Shown: positions 17,380 through 25,347, counted from the stretch's first letter. The stretch is 26,813 nt of DNA from Minisyncoccota bacterium (GCA_043786195.1 JAYVWI010000049.1:1-26813), one strand, 5' to 3'. Notes: generated from the letters alone by a model not told the origin. A program made the numbers and translations.

Positions 17380-18363
17380 ATGTTTGCCAAACACTTACAA
17401 CCAAATATTGCGACCGGTCCGATTGAAAAAGTTCCCAACCGAAATGGCTTCGGTGAAGGACTGCTCGAAGCTGGGAAACGAGACGAAAATGTCGTCGCTC
17501 TTTGTTGCGACCTCACCGAATCCACCAAGACCGACATCTTTGCCAAAGCCTTTCCGAAGCGCTTTGTTCAGATTGGTATCGGTGAACAAAATATGGCATC
17601 AGTTGCTTCTGGTATGTCCGCGATGGGGAAGGTACCATTCATTATGTCGTACGCCACTTTTTCACCCGGTCGCAACTGGGAACAGATTCGCACTACGATT
17701 GCGTACAATGACGCCAACGTAAAAATCGTCGGTGCCCATGCTGGTATCTCGGTCGGTCCTGACGGCGCGACGCATCAGATGACCGAAGACATCGCGATCA
17801 TGCGCGCTATGCCCAACATGATTGTGATTGCGCCGTCCGATGTACATGAAGCGCGCAAGGTAGCACTGGCTGCTGCGAGGCACATCGGCCCCGTCTACTT
17901 CCGTCTTGGACGGAGCGACGTGCCAGTAGTGACTACACCAGAATCACCGTTTGAAATTGGTAAGGCGGAGCTGATGTATACGCGCAACGCATCGCTTGAG
18001 AAAAAAGTCGGTATCGTTGTCACTGGAACACTTTTATACAACGCACTTATGGCTGCCGTCGAGCTTGAAAAAGAGGGGATTGGTGCATCAGTGCTCCATA
18101 TGGCCACCATCAAGCCGCTTGATACCGAAGCGCTGGCAAAGTTCGCGGCCGAACACGGCGCGATTGTCTCAGTCGAAGAACACCAAGTTATAGGTGGTCT
18201 CGGCAGCGCCATCGCCGAATTTCTAGCCCAGACCAACCCCACCAAAATGTCCATGATCGGCATGCACGACACCTTCGGCCAATCCGGCGACCCCGACCAA
18301 CTAGTCGCCCACTACGGCATGGATATTCCCGCCATCATCGCCGCCACCAAGAAGCTCATTTAA
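17380..18363 (+). CDS. tkt: Transketolase, C-terminal subunit
   Basis: GIGEQNM, GPDGATHQ, GPVYFRLGR, EEHQ..GGLGS; starts 1 nt after the N-subunit stop. Confidence 0.93.
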   Translation: MFAKHLQPNIATGPIEKVPNRNGFGEGLLEAGKRDENVVALCCDLTESTKTDIFAKAFPKRFVQIGIGEQNMASVASGMSAMGKVPFIMSYATFSPGRNWEQIRTTIAYNDANVKIVGAHAGISVGPDGATHQMTEDIAIMRAMPNMIVIAPSDVHEARKVALAAARHIGPVYFRLGRSDVPVVTTPESPFEIGKAELMYTRNASLEKKVGIVVTGTLLYNALMAAVELEKEGIGASVLHMATIKPLDTEALAKFAAEHGAIVSVEEHQVIGGLGSAIAEFLAQTNPTKMSMIGMHDTFGQSGDPDQLVAHYGMDIPAIIAATKKLI

Positions 18364-18367
18364 ATCA

Positions 18368-18400
18368 AAAAACTACCGAACCACAAGGTCGGTAGTTTTT
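18368..18400. terminator. Intrinsic terminator after transketolase, overlapping the next promoter
   Basis: 12-bp inverted repeat AAAAACTACCGA / TCGGTAGTTTTT. Confidence 0.8.
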
Positions 18401-18408
18401 GTTATACT
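18400..18408 (+). promoter_or_regulatory. Extended -10 promoter, leaderless
   Basis: TGTTATACT, 6 nt before ATG 18415. Confidence 0.6.
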
Positions 18409-18414
18409 ATCGAA

Positions 18415-18741
18415 ATGGAATTTAGTGATAAGGTAAAAGTTTGGCTGAGTTGTCCGAAGACTCATGTGGATGTTGTACGGCTAGCTATTGGCGGGGCTGG
18501 TATTGGGACGATTGGCAATTACTCCTACTGTACTTTCGTGACCGAGGGAAGGGGCTACTCCAAGGCTTCGCCAGACACGACTCCTTTTGTGGGAGCAGCG
18601 GGCGAGATGAATGAAGTAGAAGAAATGGTAATAGAATTTTCCTGTAAAAAAGACCAACTCCCATTACTAAAGCAAATTCTAAAAGAACACCACCCCTACG
18701 AAGAAGTAGCGATAGATATTTTTCCGCTGTTAAATTTTTAG
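18415..18741 (+). CDS. Stand-alone YqfO/NIF3-insert (PII/CutA-like) protein
   Basis: AG.G.IGNYSYC.F...G.G, PF.G..GE...VEE, HPYEE.A.D motifs. Confidence 0.82.
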   Translation: MEFSDKVKVWLSCPKTHVDVVRLAIGGAGIGTIGNYSYCTFVTEGRGYSKASPDTTPFVGAAGEMNEVEEMVIEFSCKKDQLPLLKQILKEHHPYEEVAIDIFPLLNF

Positions 18742-18744
18742 TTT

Positions 18745-19728
18745 ATGAAAATTTCTATTAAAGAATTGCGAAGTAAGGTTGTTTCGCTTATGACCCAAAA
18801 TGGTTTTACTCAAGCGGATGCGGAGGTGGTGGCTGACTACATGGTGTGGGCGGAGATGTCGGGGATTGAGACGCAGGGAATTATTAAGCTGACGGGGACT
18901 GAGCCACTACAAAAGATTAAGCCACTTTACGAACCAAAGATTGAGCGTGATACACAGCTTTCACAACTCATTGACGGTGGAGCGAATCCAGCACCACTAA
19001 CAAGTCAGCGAGCGGCAACTGTCGCGATTGAGAAAGCAAAGCACAGCGGCTTTGCGATTGTCGGTGTGCGTAACACCTTTTCTAGTAACGGAGCGCAAGC
19101 ATACTACGCGCAAAAGATTGCAGAGAACGATTTGGTGGGGATTGTCTGTAGTCGCTCGCCGGCAGCGGCAACTGGCTTCGGTAGTATTGATCCACTCTTC
19201 GGTACTAATCCAATTGGTTTTTCTTTTCCAACGAATGACGAGCCAGTAGTGTTTGACTTGGCGACTTCAGCTATGACGTTTTATGGGCTCGTACTCGCAC
19301 ACGCAAAAGGAGAAACTATTCCCCAAAATATGGCGATCGATAAGGAAGGTAATCCAACATTGAACCCGGAAGAAGCCATGAATGGCGCACTTCTATCATT
19401 TGATAGAAGTTATAAAGGTTCGTCCCTCGCCCTCATGATTGAGGTCTTGGCTGGCCCGCTGATTGGTTCTGCTTGGATTGATAATAAAACTTTTGAAGAA
19501 GAGTGGGGTTCGATATTTATCGCGATTGACCCGAATCTACTTATTGATAAGGCAGTATTTAAAAACAATACTTCTGATTTAGTTTCTAAAATAAAAGTAG
19601 CACGTACCGTAAAGGGCTTGGATAAAATTCGCCTCCCAGGAGAACGCGCAGCTGCGTCGCGTAAAGAAGCAGAGAAGTCCGGCTTTGTAGAAATTGAAGA
19701 TGTGATTGCTAGAGAATTAGGATTTTAA
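18745..19728 (+). CDS. Ldh_2-family (type II malate/L-lactate dehydrogenase-like) oxidoreductase, divergent
   Basis: GTNPIGF, DLATS, G.IP...A.D..G.PT..P, YKGS.LA...E.LAG, RLPGE. Confidence 0.85.
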   Translation: MKISIKELRSKVVSLMTQNGFTQADAEVVADYMVWAEMSGIETQGIIKLTGTEPLQKIKPLYEPKIERDTQLSQLIDGGANPAPLTSQRAATVAIEKAKHSGFAIVGVRNTFSSNGAQAYYAQKIAENDLVGIVCSRSPAAATGFGSIDPLFGTNPIGFSFPTNDEPVVFDLATSAMTFYGLVLAHAKGETIPQNMAIDKEGNPTLNPEEAMNGALLSFDRSYKGSSLALMIEVLAGPLIGSAWIDNKTFEEEWGSIFIAIDPNLLIDKAVFKNNTSDLVSKIKVARTVKGLDKIRLPGERAAASRKEAEKSGFVEIEDVIARELGF

Positions 19729-19770
19729 GAGCGATGATACTTGGTACATTTTGTACAATTAATCTGTCAT

Positions 19771-20652
19771 ATGGAAAGAATTAAAATTGGCAATGCGGCG
19801 GGGTGGTGTAAGTCACAGGAACAGGTGGAGGCGCTGGCGTCCTCTGCGGCGGATTTTATTGTGGTGGGTTCGGTGACGCTTGAGCCAAGAGTGGGTAATG
19901 CCGGCAAGACTTTTAATGGAGAGTCACTAAACTTTTCTGGTATGCCAAATCCGGGTATAGAGAAAATTAAGGAAATCGCTCCCGAAATGATTCGTGCCGC
20001 ACATGGGGGAGGGAAGTCGATTATCTTGAGTCTGGGTGGTGGGAGCGTAGAAGAATTTTCTACTTTGTGCACGGAAGCGCTTACATGTGGTTTTGATGGA
20101 ATGGAACTAAATCTAAGTTGTCCAAACGTGATTGAAGGAACTGATCGGAAGACGATTGTTTCTTATGATAAAAAACTTGTCGAGGAAATTATACATTCGT
20201 GTGCGGAGTTGGTGGCACGGCACTCGAGTAACGCTTTTTTGACGGCCAAATTTTCGCCGTTTTCTAATCCGGAGGAGTTGGTGGCGACTGCGCGGGTAGT
20301 AAGTGCGTGCGATATTGCCGGCGTAGTGACACAAAATACCGTACCGAATTGTTTGCTTTTTAATGACGACGGCACAGTGCAGATTGAGACTGCCGACGGT
20401 ACTGGTTGGTCGGGGCTCTCAGGCCCGGCTGTGAAAGCGATGGCACTTGGGCAAGTGAATCAATGGCGCCGAGCACTTAACACTGAAGGTTCAAACATTC
20501 CGGTGTGGGGTGTCGGAGGCGTGGCGACTGGCCGCGATGTGCTTGATATGAAACGAGCGGGCGCGGCCGTTGTACAAGTCGGTACGGCCTACTTTACGCA
20601 CGGCGCAAAAATCTTCGGTGACATTGCCGCAGAATATATCGATCTTTCATAA
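19771..20652 (+). CDS. pyrD: Dihydroorotate dehydrogenase-like FMN enzyme (family 1-like)
   Basis: NAAG, PR.GN, N..G.PNPG, ELNLSCPN (catalytic Cys), GLSG, GVGGV, QVGTA. ATG 19771 preferred because TACAAT lies 11 nt upstream. Confidence 0.8.
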   Translation: MERIKIGNAAGWCKSQEQVEALASSAADFIVVGSVTLEPRVGNAGKTFNGESLNFSGMPNPGIEKIKEIAPEMIRAAHGGGKSIILSLGGGSVEEFSTLCTEALTCGFDGMELNLSCPNVIEGTDRKTIVSYDKKLVEEIIHSCAELVARHSSNAFLTAKFSPFSNPEELVATARVVSACDIAGVVTQNTVPNCLLFNDDGTVQIETADGTGWSGLSGPAVKAMALGQVNQWRRALNTEGSNIPVWGVGGVATGRDVLDMKRAGAAVVQVGTAYFTHGAKIFGDIAAEYIDLS

Positions 20653-20653
20653 C

Positions 20654-20682
20654 AAAAAGCGGTCTCGCAGAGACCGCTTTTT
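20654..20682. terminator. Bidirectional terminator between convergent genes
   Basis: 13-bp inverted repeat AAAAAGCGGTCTC-GCA-GAGACCGCTTTTT. Confidence 0.85.
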
Positions 20683-20686
20683 TCTT

Positions 20687-20725
20687 TTATAAAACTGCAG
20701 AGGGTTACCCTCCGCAGTTTTATAA
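20687..20725. terminator. Second adjacent hairpin
   Basis: TTATAAAACTGC/GCAGTTTTATAA (12 bp), one mismatch, then GAGGG/CCCTC. Confidence 0.6.
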
Positions 20726-20738
20726 GTTCGTGCTTTAT

Positions 20739-21746
20739 TTAGTCTATCTTTGAAGCTACGTACTCAGCAGGGCGGTTGTCCAGGAATTTTTGTAATTCTT
20801 CACGACTGAGGAGGCCAGCTTGGGCTCCGATTTTTTGGACGACTGACATGGAGTTGATGGGGCCCCAAGCTAGCGCTATATCAGGACTGAATCCAAGAAT
20901 AATCGCTGCAGTGAAAGTTGATGAGAACGAGTCGCCAGCACCGGTTCGATCTACGGGGTCGGCTGGATCTGGATACATTGGCATGTGCCAGGCCTGGTCG
21001 TCCGCGTCAATGACATAAGCACCATTTGGTCCGTCGGTGATGACGGGAAGTTTTGGCCCAAGAGCACGGAGTGCACGGATAAGAGTCGGGACGTGCCGCT
21101 CTGTAGACTTCAAAATTTCCTGTGCTTCTTCTAAGTTACAGAAAAAGATTTCGGTATTCTCGTAGACGTCTTTGAGTGCTTCAACACCAAGCTTGATTTG
21201 GAAGGTACCGGGCTGGAAAGCGAGTTTTGTTTCTGGATTGGCTGCGACATAACGAGCGATTTCATGATGGAACTCAATACCGTGTTCGCCGATTGATGAG
21301 AAGTAAAGGAATTTTGGTGGGACGGGGAAGTCGGGAAGAGAGTACGGGTAGGTTTCGTGGTTGATTAAAATAGTTCGCTCTGGTCCGTGGCGGAGTACGT
21401 AGTGATAGTTGGTTTTCTTTCCTTCATGTACTTTCACAAAGTCAGTCGCGATACCTTCTTGGCGCAGCGCATCCAAACACTCCTTACCAAAGTTATCGTG
21501 GCCGAGGTTGGTCACTAGAGCTGTTTCAAGTCCGAGACGGTGGGCTGCTACTGCAGCGTTAGGTGAATTACCTACCGCCGGTACGACAACAACATCTTGA
21601 TAAGGCACTTTGCTTCCAAAGGGCATTTGTAGGATTTTTCGGCCAGTGTCGACGTCTTCGAGTACGGTCGACATGTCCAAGCGAAGTTCAATAAAAGCGT
21701 CCATCAGGATGTCGCCGATAGCGACAAAATCATATTGGTGTGACAT
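20739..21746 (-). CDS. PfkB/ribokinase-family carbohydrate kinase
   Basis: G.D.FG, ITDGP.GA, DRTGAGDSF. ATG 21746 preferred because minus-strand TATACT (21754-21759) lies 7 nt upstream. Confidence 0.9.
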   Translation of the reverse strand: MSHQYDFVAIGDILMDAFIELRLDMSTVLEDVDTGRKILQMPFGSKVPYQDVVVVPAVGNSPNAAVAAHRLGLETALVTNLGHDNFGKECLDALRQEGIATDFVKVHEGKKTNYHYVLRHGPERTILINHETYPYSLPDFPVPPKFLYFSSIGEHGIEFHHEIARYVAANPETKLAFQPGTFQIKLGVEALKDVYENTEIFFCNLEEAQEILKSTERHVPTLIRALRALGPKLPVITDGPNGAYVIDADDQAWHMPMYPDPADPVDRTGAGDSFSSTFTAAIILGFSPDIALAWGPINSMSVVQKIGAQAGLLSREELQKFLDNRPAEYVASKID

Positions 21747-21824
21747 ATGCATGAGTATACCGTAAGAAATCGTCGCTTTTTTTCAAGACCGGGGAATTCC
21801 TGTGTTTAAGGATGGTGATGATTT

Positions 21825-21833
21825 TGCTATACT
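21825..21833 (+). promoter_or_regulatory. Extended -10 promoter, divergent from the pfkB promoter
   Basis: TGCTATACT, 8 nt before ATG 21842. Confidence 0.6.
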
Positions 21834-21841
21834 AGTGAGTA

Positions 21842-23203
21842 ATGAAACAAAGGTATTTTGCTGTCTTTCTCTGTGTCGCTTTATTGACTCCCTATATTGC
21901 TGTACATGCAGAAACTGACATTGAACGAAAGGCGCGACTTGAAGCTGAGCTACAGGCTGTCGAGCGACAAATCCTCACACAGTCACGACTCGTGGCAGAT
22001 AAGCGCGGCGAGCGTCAGTCGCTTGAGCGAGATGTGTCTCTGATTGAAGGAGAAATCAAAGAGGTGCAACTTGGTATCCAGGCGCGGTCAGTAGCCATCG
22101 AACAACTCTCCGATCAAATTGGTGAGAAGGGAGTCGTTCTCGGTATTCTCGAAGAACGGCTAAAAGGTCAACAGGATTCGCTGGCTGACCTGGTACGCAA
22201 GTCAGATCGCTTAGATGATTACTCACTTGTGGAGGTGATGTTGAGTAAACAAAATTTCTCCGACTTCTTTAGTGATGTCGCCACCTACCAAAACCTCAAA
22301 GAGTCACTCGGCGAGTCACTCGGGATTTTGCACAATATCAGACGTGATACCACCGACGAAAAAGATCAGCTCGAAGGGAAGCATGAGACAGAAGCCGAGA
22401 TGAAACGGATTCAAGAATTGGAGCGTGAACACATTAAAGTGAAAGAGAGTGAGAAGAATAAAATTCTCAAAGTGACCAAGGGAGAAGAGAAGCAGTACGT
22501 CGCCTTGCTCGACTCACAAAAACGAACTGCAGCCCAGCTCCGAAACGCACTCTTCCAACTCCTTGGAGGTGGCGGCGCGATTGCTTTTCCTGAGGCGGTA
22601 CGTCTCGCGAAGTACGCCTCGGGGGTGACCAATGTTCCAGCGGCGACGATTCTTGCCATTCTCGAACAAGAAACCAACATCGGTCAAAACCTCGGTAGTT
22701 GTCTCTTTGGTGACCAAAATAGTGGCAAGCCAGTGATGCACCCGACTCGAGACGAGCCAGTCTATAAAGCTATCGCCCAGACGCTTGGCTTTGATCCGTA
22801 TACAAAAAAAGTCTCGTGTCCAATTTACCAAGGTGGCGAACGTGTTGGATGGGGAGGTGCGATGGGACCCTCGCAGTTTATTCCGTCCACGTGGGCTACC
22901 TACGGCGGTATGGTAAATACCGGCAGTGGGTGGGTGTATAGCGAATCAAGTGATGCTATACGCCGCATTAACGGTAGTGGCTCTCCCGCTAATCCCTTCA
23001 ATAATCAAGACGCCTTCATCGCCACTGCTCTCCTTATGCGTGACAATGGCGCCAATGGTACCGACGCTGGCGACCGTCTGGCAGCCTTGCGCTACTACGC
23101 CGGCTGGGGCGGCGCGAGCAATCCAGCTAATGCTTTCTATGGGAATCAGGTGATTACGAGGAAGCAAAGACTGGCGGGCGAGATTCAAGTCCTCGGCGGA
23201 TAA
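21842..23203 (+). CDS. Secreted coiled-coil (PcsB/CwlO-like) protein with C-terminal lytic transglycosylase (SLT/MltB-like) domain
   Basis: Signal peptide, about 200-aa heptad coil, ILAILEQET (candidate catalytic Glu), GAMGPSQFIPSTW, DA..A.A..., A..YYAG. Confidence 0.82.
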   Translation: MKQRYFAVFLCVALLTPYIAVHAETDIERKARLEAELQAVERQILTQSRLVADKRGERQSLERDVSLIEGEIKEVQLGIQARSVAIEQLSDQIGEKGVVLGILEERLKGQQDSLADLVRKSDRLDDYSLVEVMLSKQNFSDFFSDVATYQNLKESLGESLGILHNIRRDTTDEKDQLEGKHETEAEMKRIQELEREHIKVKESEKNKILKVTKGEEKQYVALLDSQKRTAAQLRNALFQLLGGGGAIAFPEAVRLAKYASGVTNVPAATILAILEQETNIGQNLGSCLFGDQNSGKPVMHPTRDEPVYKAIAQTLGFDPYTKKVSCPIYQGGERVGWGGAMGPSQFIPSTWATYGGMVNTGSGWVYSESSDAIRRINGSGSPANPFNNQDAFIATALLMRDNGANGTDAGDRLAALRYYAGWGGASNPANAFYGNQVITRKQRLAGEIQVLGG

Positions 23204-23223
23204 AACCCTAAAATTGGCGATTC

Positions 23224-23298
23224 ACTTTGTCGCCCTACGAAAAAAGACCCTCGCTGGACAGTTTGTCCCACTAGGGTCTTTTTTCTTGGGCTTCGCGT
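23224..23298 (+). repeat. 75-bp palindromic element, copy 1
   Basis: ACTTTGT..CCTAC(G)AAAAAAGACCCTC[G/A]CTGGACAGTTTGTCCCACTAGGGTCTTTTTTCTTGGGCTTCGCGT; nearly identical to 23636-23709. Confidence 0.92.
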
Positions 23299-23353
23299 GA
23301 CTCATCCATTTTAGGGTTTTATAAAGACTGAGTATTGCTAAAAAACCATTATC

Positions 23354-23362
23354 TGATATAGT
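23354..23362 (+). promoter_or_regulatory. rpmE promoter
   Basis: TTGCTA (23335-23340), 16-nt spacer, TGATATAGT extended -10, then 11 nt to ATG. Confidence 0.6.
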
Positions 23363-23373
23363 ACGCGACACAT

Positions 23374-23628
23374 ATGAAAGCTGAAATTCATCCAAAAAAC
23401 TACCGAATGGTAATTTTCCATGACAACACCTCAGGCGAGCGCGTGCTTGTTGGTTCTACTATTGAAACTAAGGCCACTGACAAGTGGACTGACGGTCAAG
23501 AATACCCAATTACTCACGTAGACGTCACCAGTGCGTCACACCCTTTCTACACAGGACAAGAGAAGTCTATGGATATCGCTGGACGCGTCGAGCGATTTAA
23601 GAGCCGAGCCTCAAAAGCGAAGAAGTAG
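23374..23628 (+). CDS. rpmE2: 50S ribosomal protein L31 type B (Zn-independent)
   Basis: MK..IHP..YR.VIF.D, DVTSASHPFYTG, GRVE.F; no Cys; 84 aa. Confidence 0.95.
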   Translation: MKAEIHPKNYRMVIFHDNTSGERVLVGSTIETKATDKWTDGQEYPITHVDVTSASHPFYTGQEKSMDIAGRVERFKSRASKAKK

Positions 23629-23635
23629 GTCATCT

Positions 23636-23709
23636 ACTTTGTCCGCCTACAAAAAAGACCCTCACTGGACAGTTTGTCCCACTAGGGTCTTTTTTCTTGG
23701 GCTTCGCGT
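23636..23709 (+). repeat. 74-bp palindromic element, copy 2 (probably also the rpmE terminator)
   Basis: Second copy, 412 nt downstream of the first; 12-bp stem AAAAAAGACCCT/AGGGTCTTTTTT. Confidence 0.92.
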
Positions 23710-23758
23710 ACCCGACTCACTTTTCCGTCTTTGAGTGACAATGAGTGGATTTCGAGTT

Positions 23759-23767
23759 TGGTATAAT
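23759..23767 (+). promoter_or_regulatory. Consensus extended -10 promoter of def, leaderless
   Basis: TGGTATAAT, 7 nt before ATG 23775. Confidence 0.7.
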
Positions 23768-23774
23768 TTAAGTC

Positions 23775-24311
23775 ATGATAATAAAAAGTGCTACTCAGGT
23801 TGGTAATCCTATAATTCGGAAAAAATCGACGAAGGTTGTTGATTTCAAATCTCCAGAGAATAAGAAAATAATTAAAAACCTGGTGGAGTCTATGCGACAC
23901 CACAATTTGGTTGGTATGGCCGCTCCACAGATTGGTCAAAATGTAAGAATATTTGTAACTGAGATACGAGAAACTAAACTTAGAAAAACTGACAAAAAAT
24001 CAGATATCGATGGATTAAGGATATTTGTTAACCCAAAGGTCGTATCCTTTTCTGAAAAGAAAATGAGTGGCTGGGAGGGTTGTGGCAGTGTCGCTGAATC
24101 AAGCCTTTTCGCTAAAGTGTCTCGTCCAGAGACGTTAGTCGTACAAGCCTTTGATTCCAATGGTGAAAAATTTACTCTTGAAGCAAAAGGACTCTTGGCG
24201 AGAGTTATTCAACATGAGATTGATCATATAGACGGAATTGTGTTTATCGACAAGGCTGACACAAAAACATGCATGAGTCGTAACGAGTATTTGAGGATGC
24301 ACGCGAAGTGA
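23775..24311 (+). CDS. def: Peptide deformylase (non-canonical motifs)
   Basis: VGMAAPQIG, NP, EGCGS, QHEIDH..G. Confidence 0.9.
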   Translation: MIIKSATQVGNPIIRKKSTKVVDFKSPENKKIIKNLVESMRHHNLVGMAAPQIGQNVRIFVTEIRETKLRKTDKKSDIDGLRIFVNPKVVSFSEKKMSGWEGCGSVAESSLFAKVSRPETLVVQAFDSNGEKFTLEAKGLLARVIQHEIDHIDGIVFIDKADTKTCMSRNEYLRMHAK

Positions 24312-24366
24312 TTTAGAGTTTGTTTTATAACCATTTTAGAGTAGTATTGCGACGATATATAAAAGT

Positions 24367-25347
24367 ATGGAATTCGATCAGGATATATTGCAAGGATTTA
24401 AGGAGAACCCTAAGACTCAGTACTTGGCGGGGCAGTTTGAGGTGCTCGCGCGACAGCTGGCTGAATCCGAAGCAATGGCGGCGAGCGACCCAGAAATGGC
24501 TGAGATGGCACAGGAGGAGATAGAAGGTCTCAAGCTACAAATGAAACTTTCTTTTGAAGAGATGGAACGGATTATTGAATCCAACAAAGAAGAAGAGGTG
24601 AAGCCTTACGGTGTGGTGCTGGAAGTGCGAGCAGGCGCGGGGGGGGACGAAGCCGGACTCTTTGCTGAACAATTGGCTCAAGCTTATCTTCGCTATGCGG
24701 AAAAGATGGGTTGGCCGTACTCTGTTGAGTACGAATCTCGTTCCGCATCAGGTGGCTACAAAGAAGCAGCGTTTGAAATCGTTCATCCTAAGGTCTACGA
24801 TGCTCTCCGTTGGGAAACTGGTATTCACCGTGTCCAGCGTGTGCCAGTCACTGAGAAGATGGGACGGATTCATACATCTACAATGTCGGTGGCGGTACTG
24901 CCAATGCGAAAGAAGCCTCTCTTTGAAATTAACCCGGGTGATATCGATATGGAATTTTCTCGCGCTGGTGGGGCAGGGGGGCAGAACGTAAACAAGGTAG
25001 AGTCGGCCGTCAGGCTAGTGCATAGACCTACCGGTATTGATGTTCGCAGCCAGACTGCCCGCTCGCAGCTCAAGAACCGTGAAAAGGCTATGGAACTCCT
25101 GATGGCCAAGCTCGAAGCTATCCATGATGAGGAGGAAGCCAAGCGTCATGCTGACGTTCGTAAGGGTCAAATCGGCACCGGCGACCGCTCTGAGAAGATC
25201 CGTACCTACAATTTCCCCCAAAATCGCATCACTGACCACCGTATCAAGGAATCCTGGTACAACATCGAAGGAGTCCTGGCGGGAGATTTTAAGGCCATTA
25301 TCGATAGTTTGGCTGCTTACGCCGCTGGAGAAACTGTTGCGGAATAA
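24367..25347 (+). CDS. prfA: Peptide chain release factor 1 (shortened N-terminal domain)
   Basis: [26 protein letters not shown] (PxT = RF1 specificity), [25 protein letters not shown]. Confidence 0.93.
   Translation: MEFDQDILQGFKENPKTQYLAGQFEVLARQLAESEAMAASDPEMAEMAQEEIEGLKLQMKLSFEEMERIIESNKEEEVKPYGVVLEVRAGAGGDEAGLFAEQLAQAYLRYAEKMGWPYSVEYESRSASGGYKEAAFEIVHPKVYDALRWETGIHRVQRVPVTEKMGRIHTSTMSVAVLPMRKKPLFEINPGDIDMEFSRAGGAGGQNVNKVESAVRLVHRPTGIDVRSQTARSQLKNREKAMELLMAKLEAIHDEEEAKRHADVRKGQIGTGDRSEKIRTYNFPQNRITDHRIKESWYNIEGVLAGDFKAIIDSLAAYAAGETVAE

Noticed and set aside
16482-18363. Transketolase split as a frameshifted pseudogene
   Set aside because: Both halves are intact with their own start and stop. 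Two-subunit transketolases are an established family.
23224-23709. CRISPR array
   Set aside because: Only two copies, 75 bp long, separated by a ribosomal protein gene, and no cas genes.
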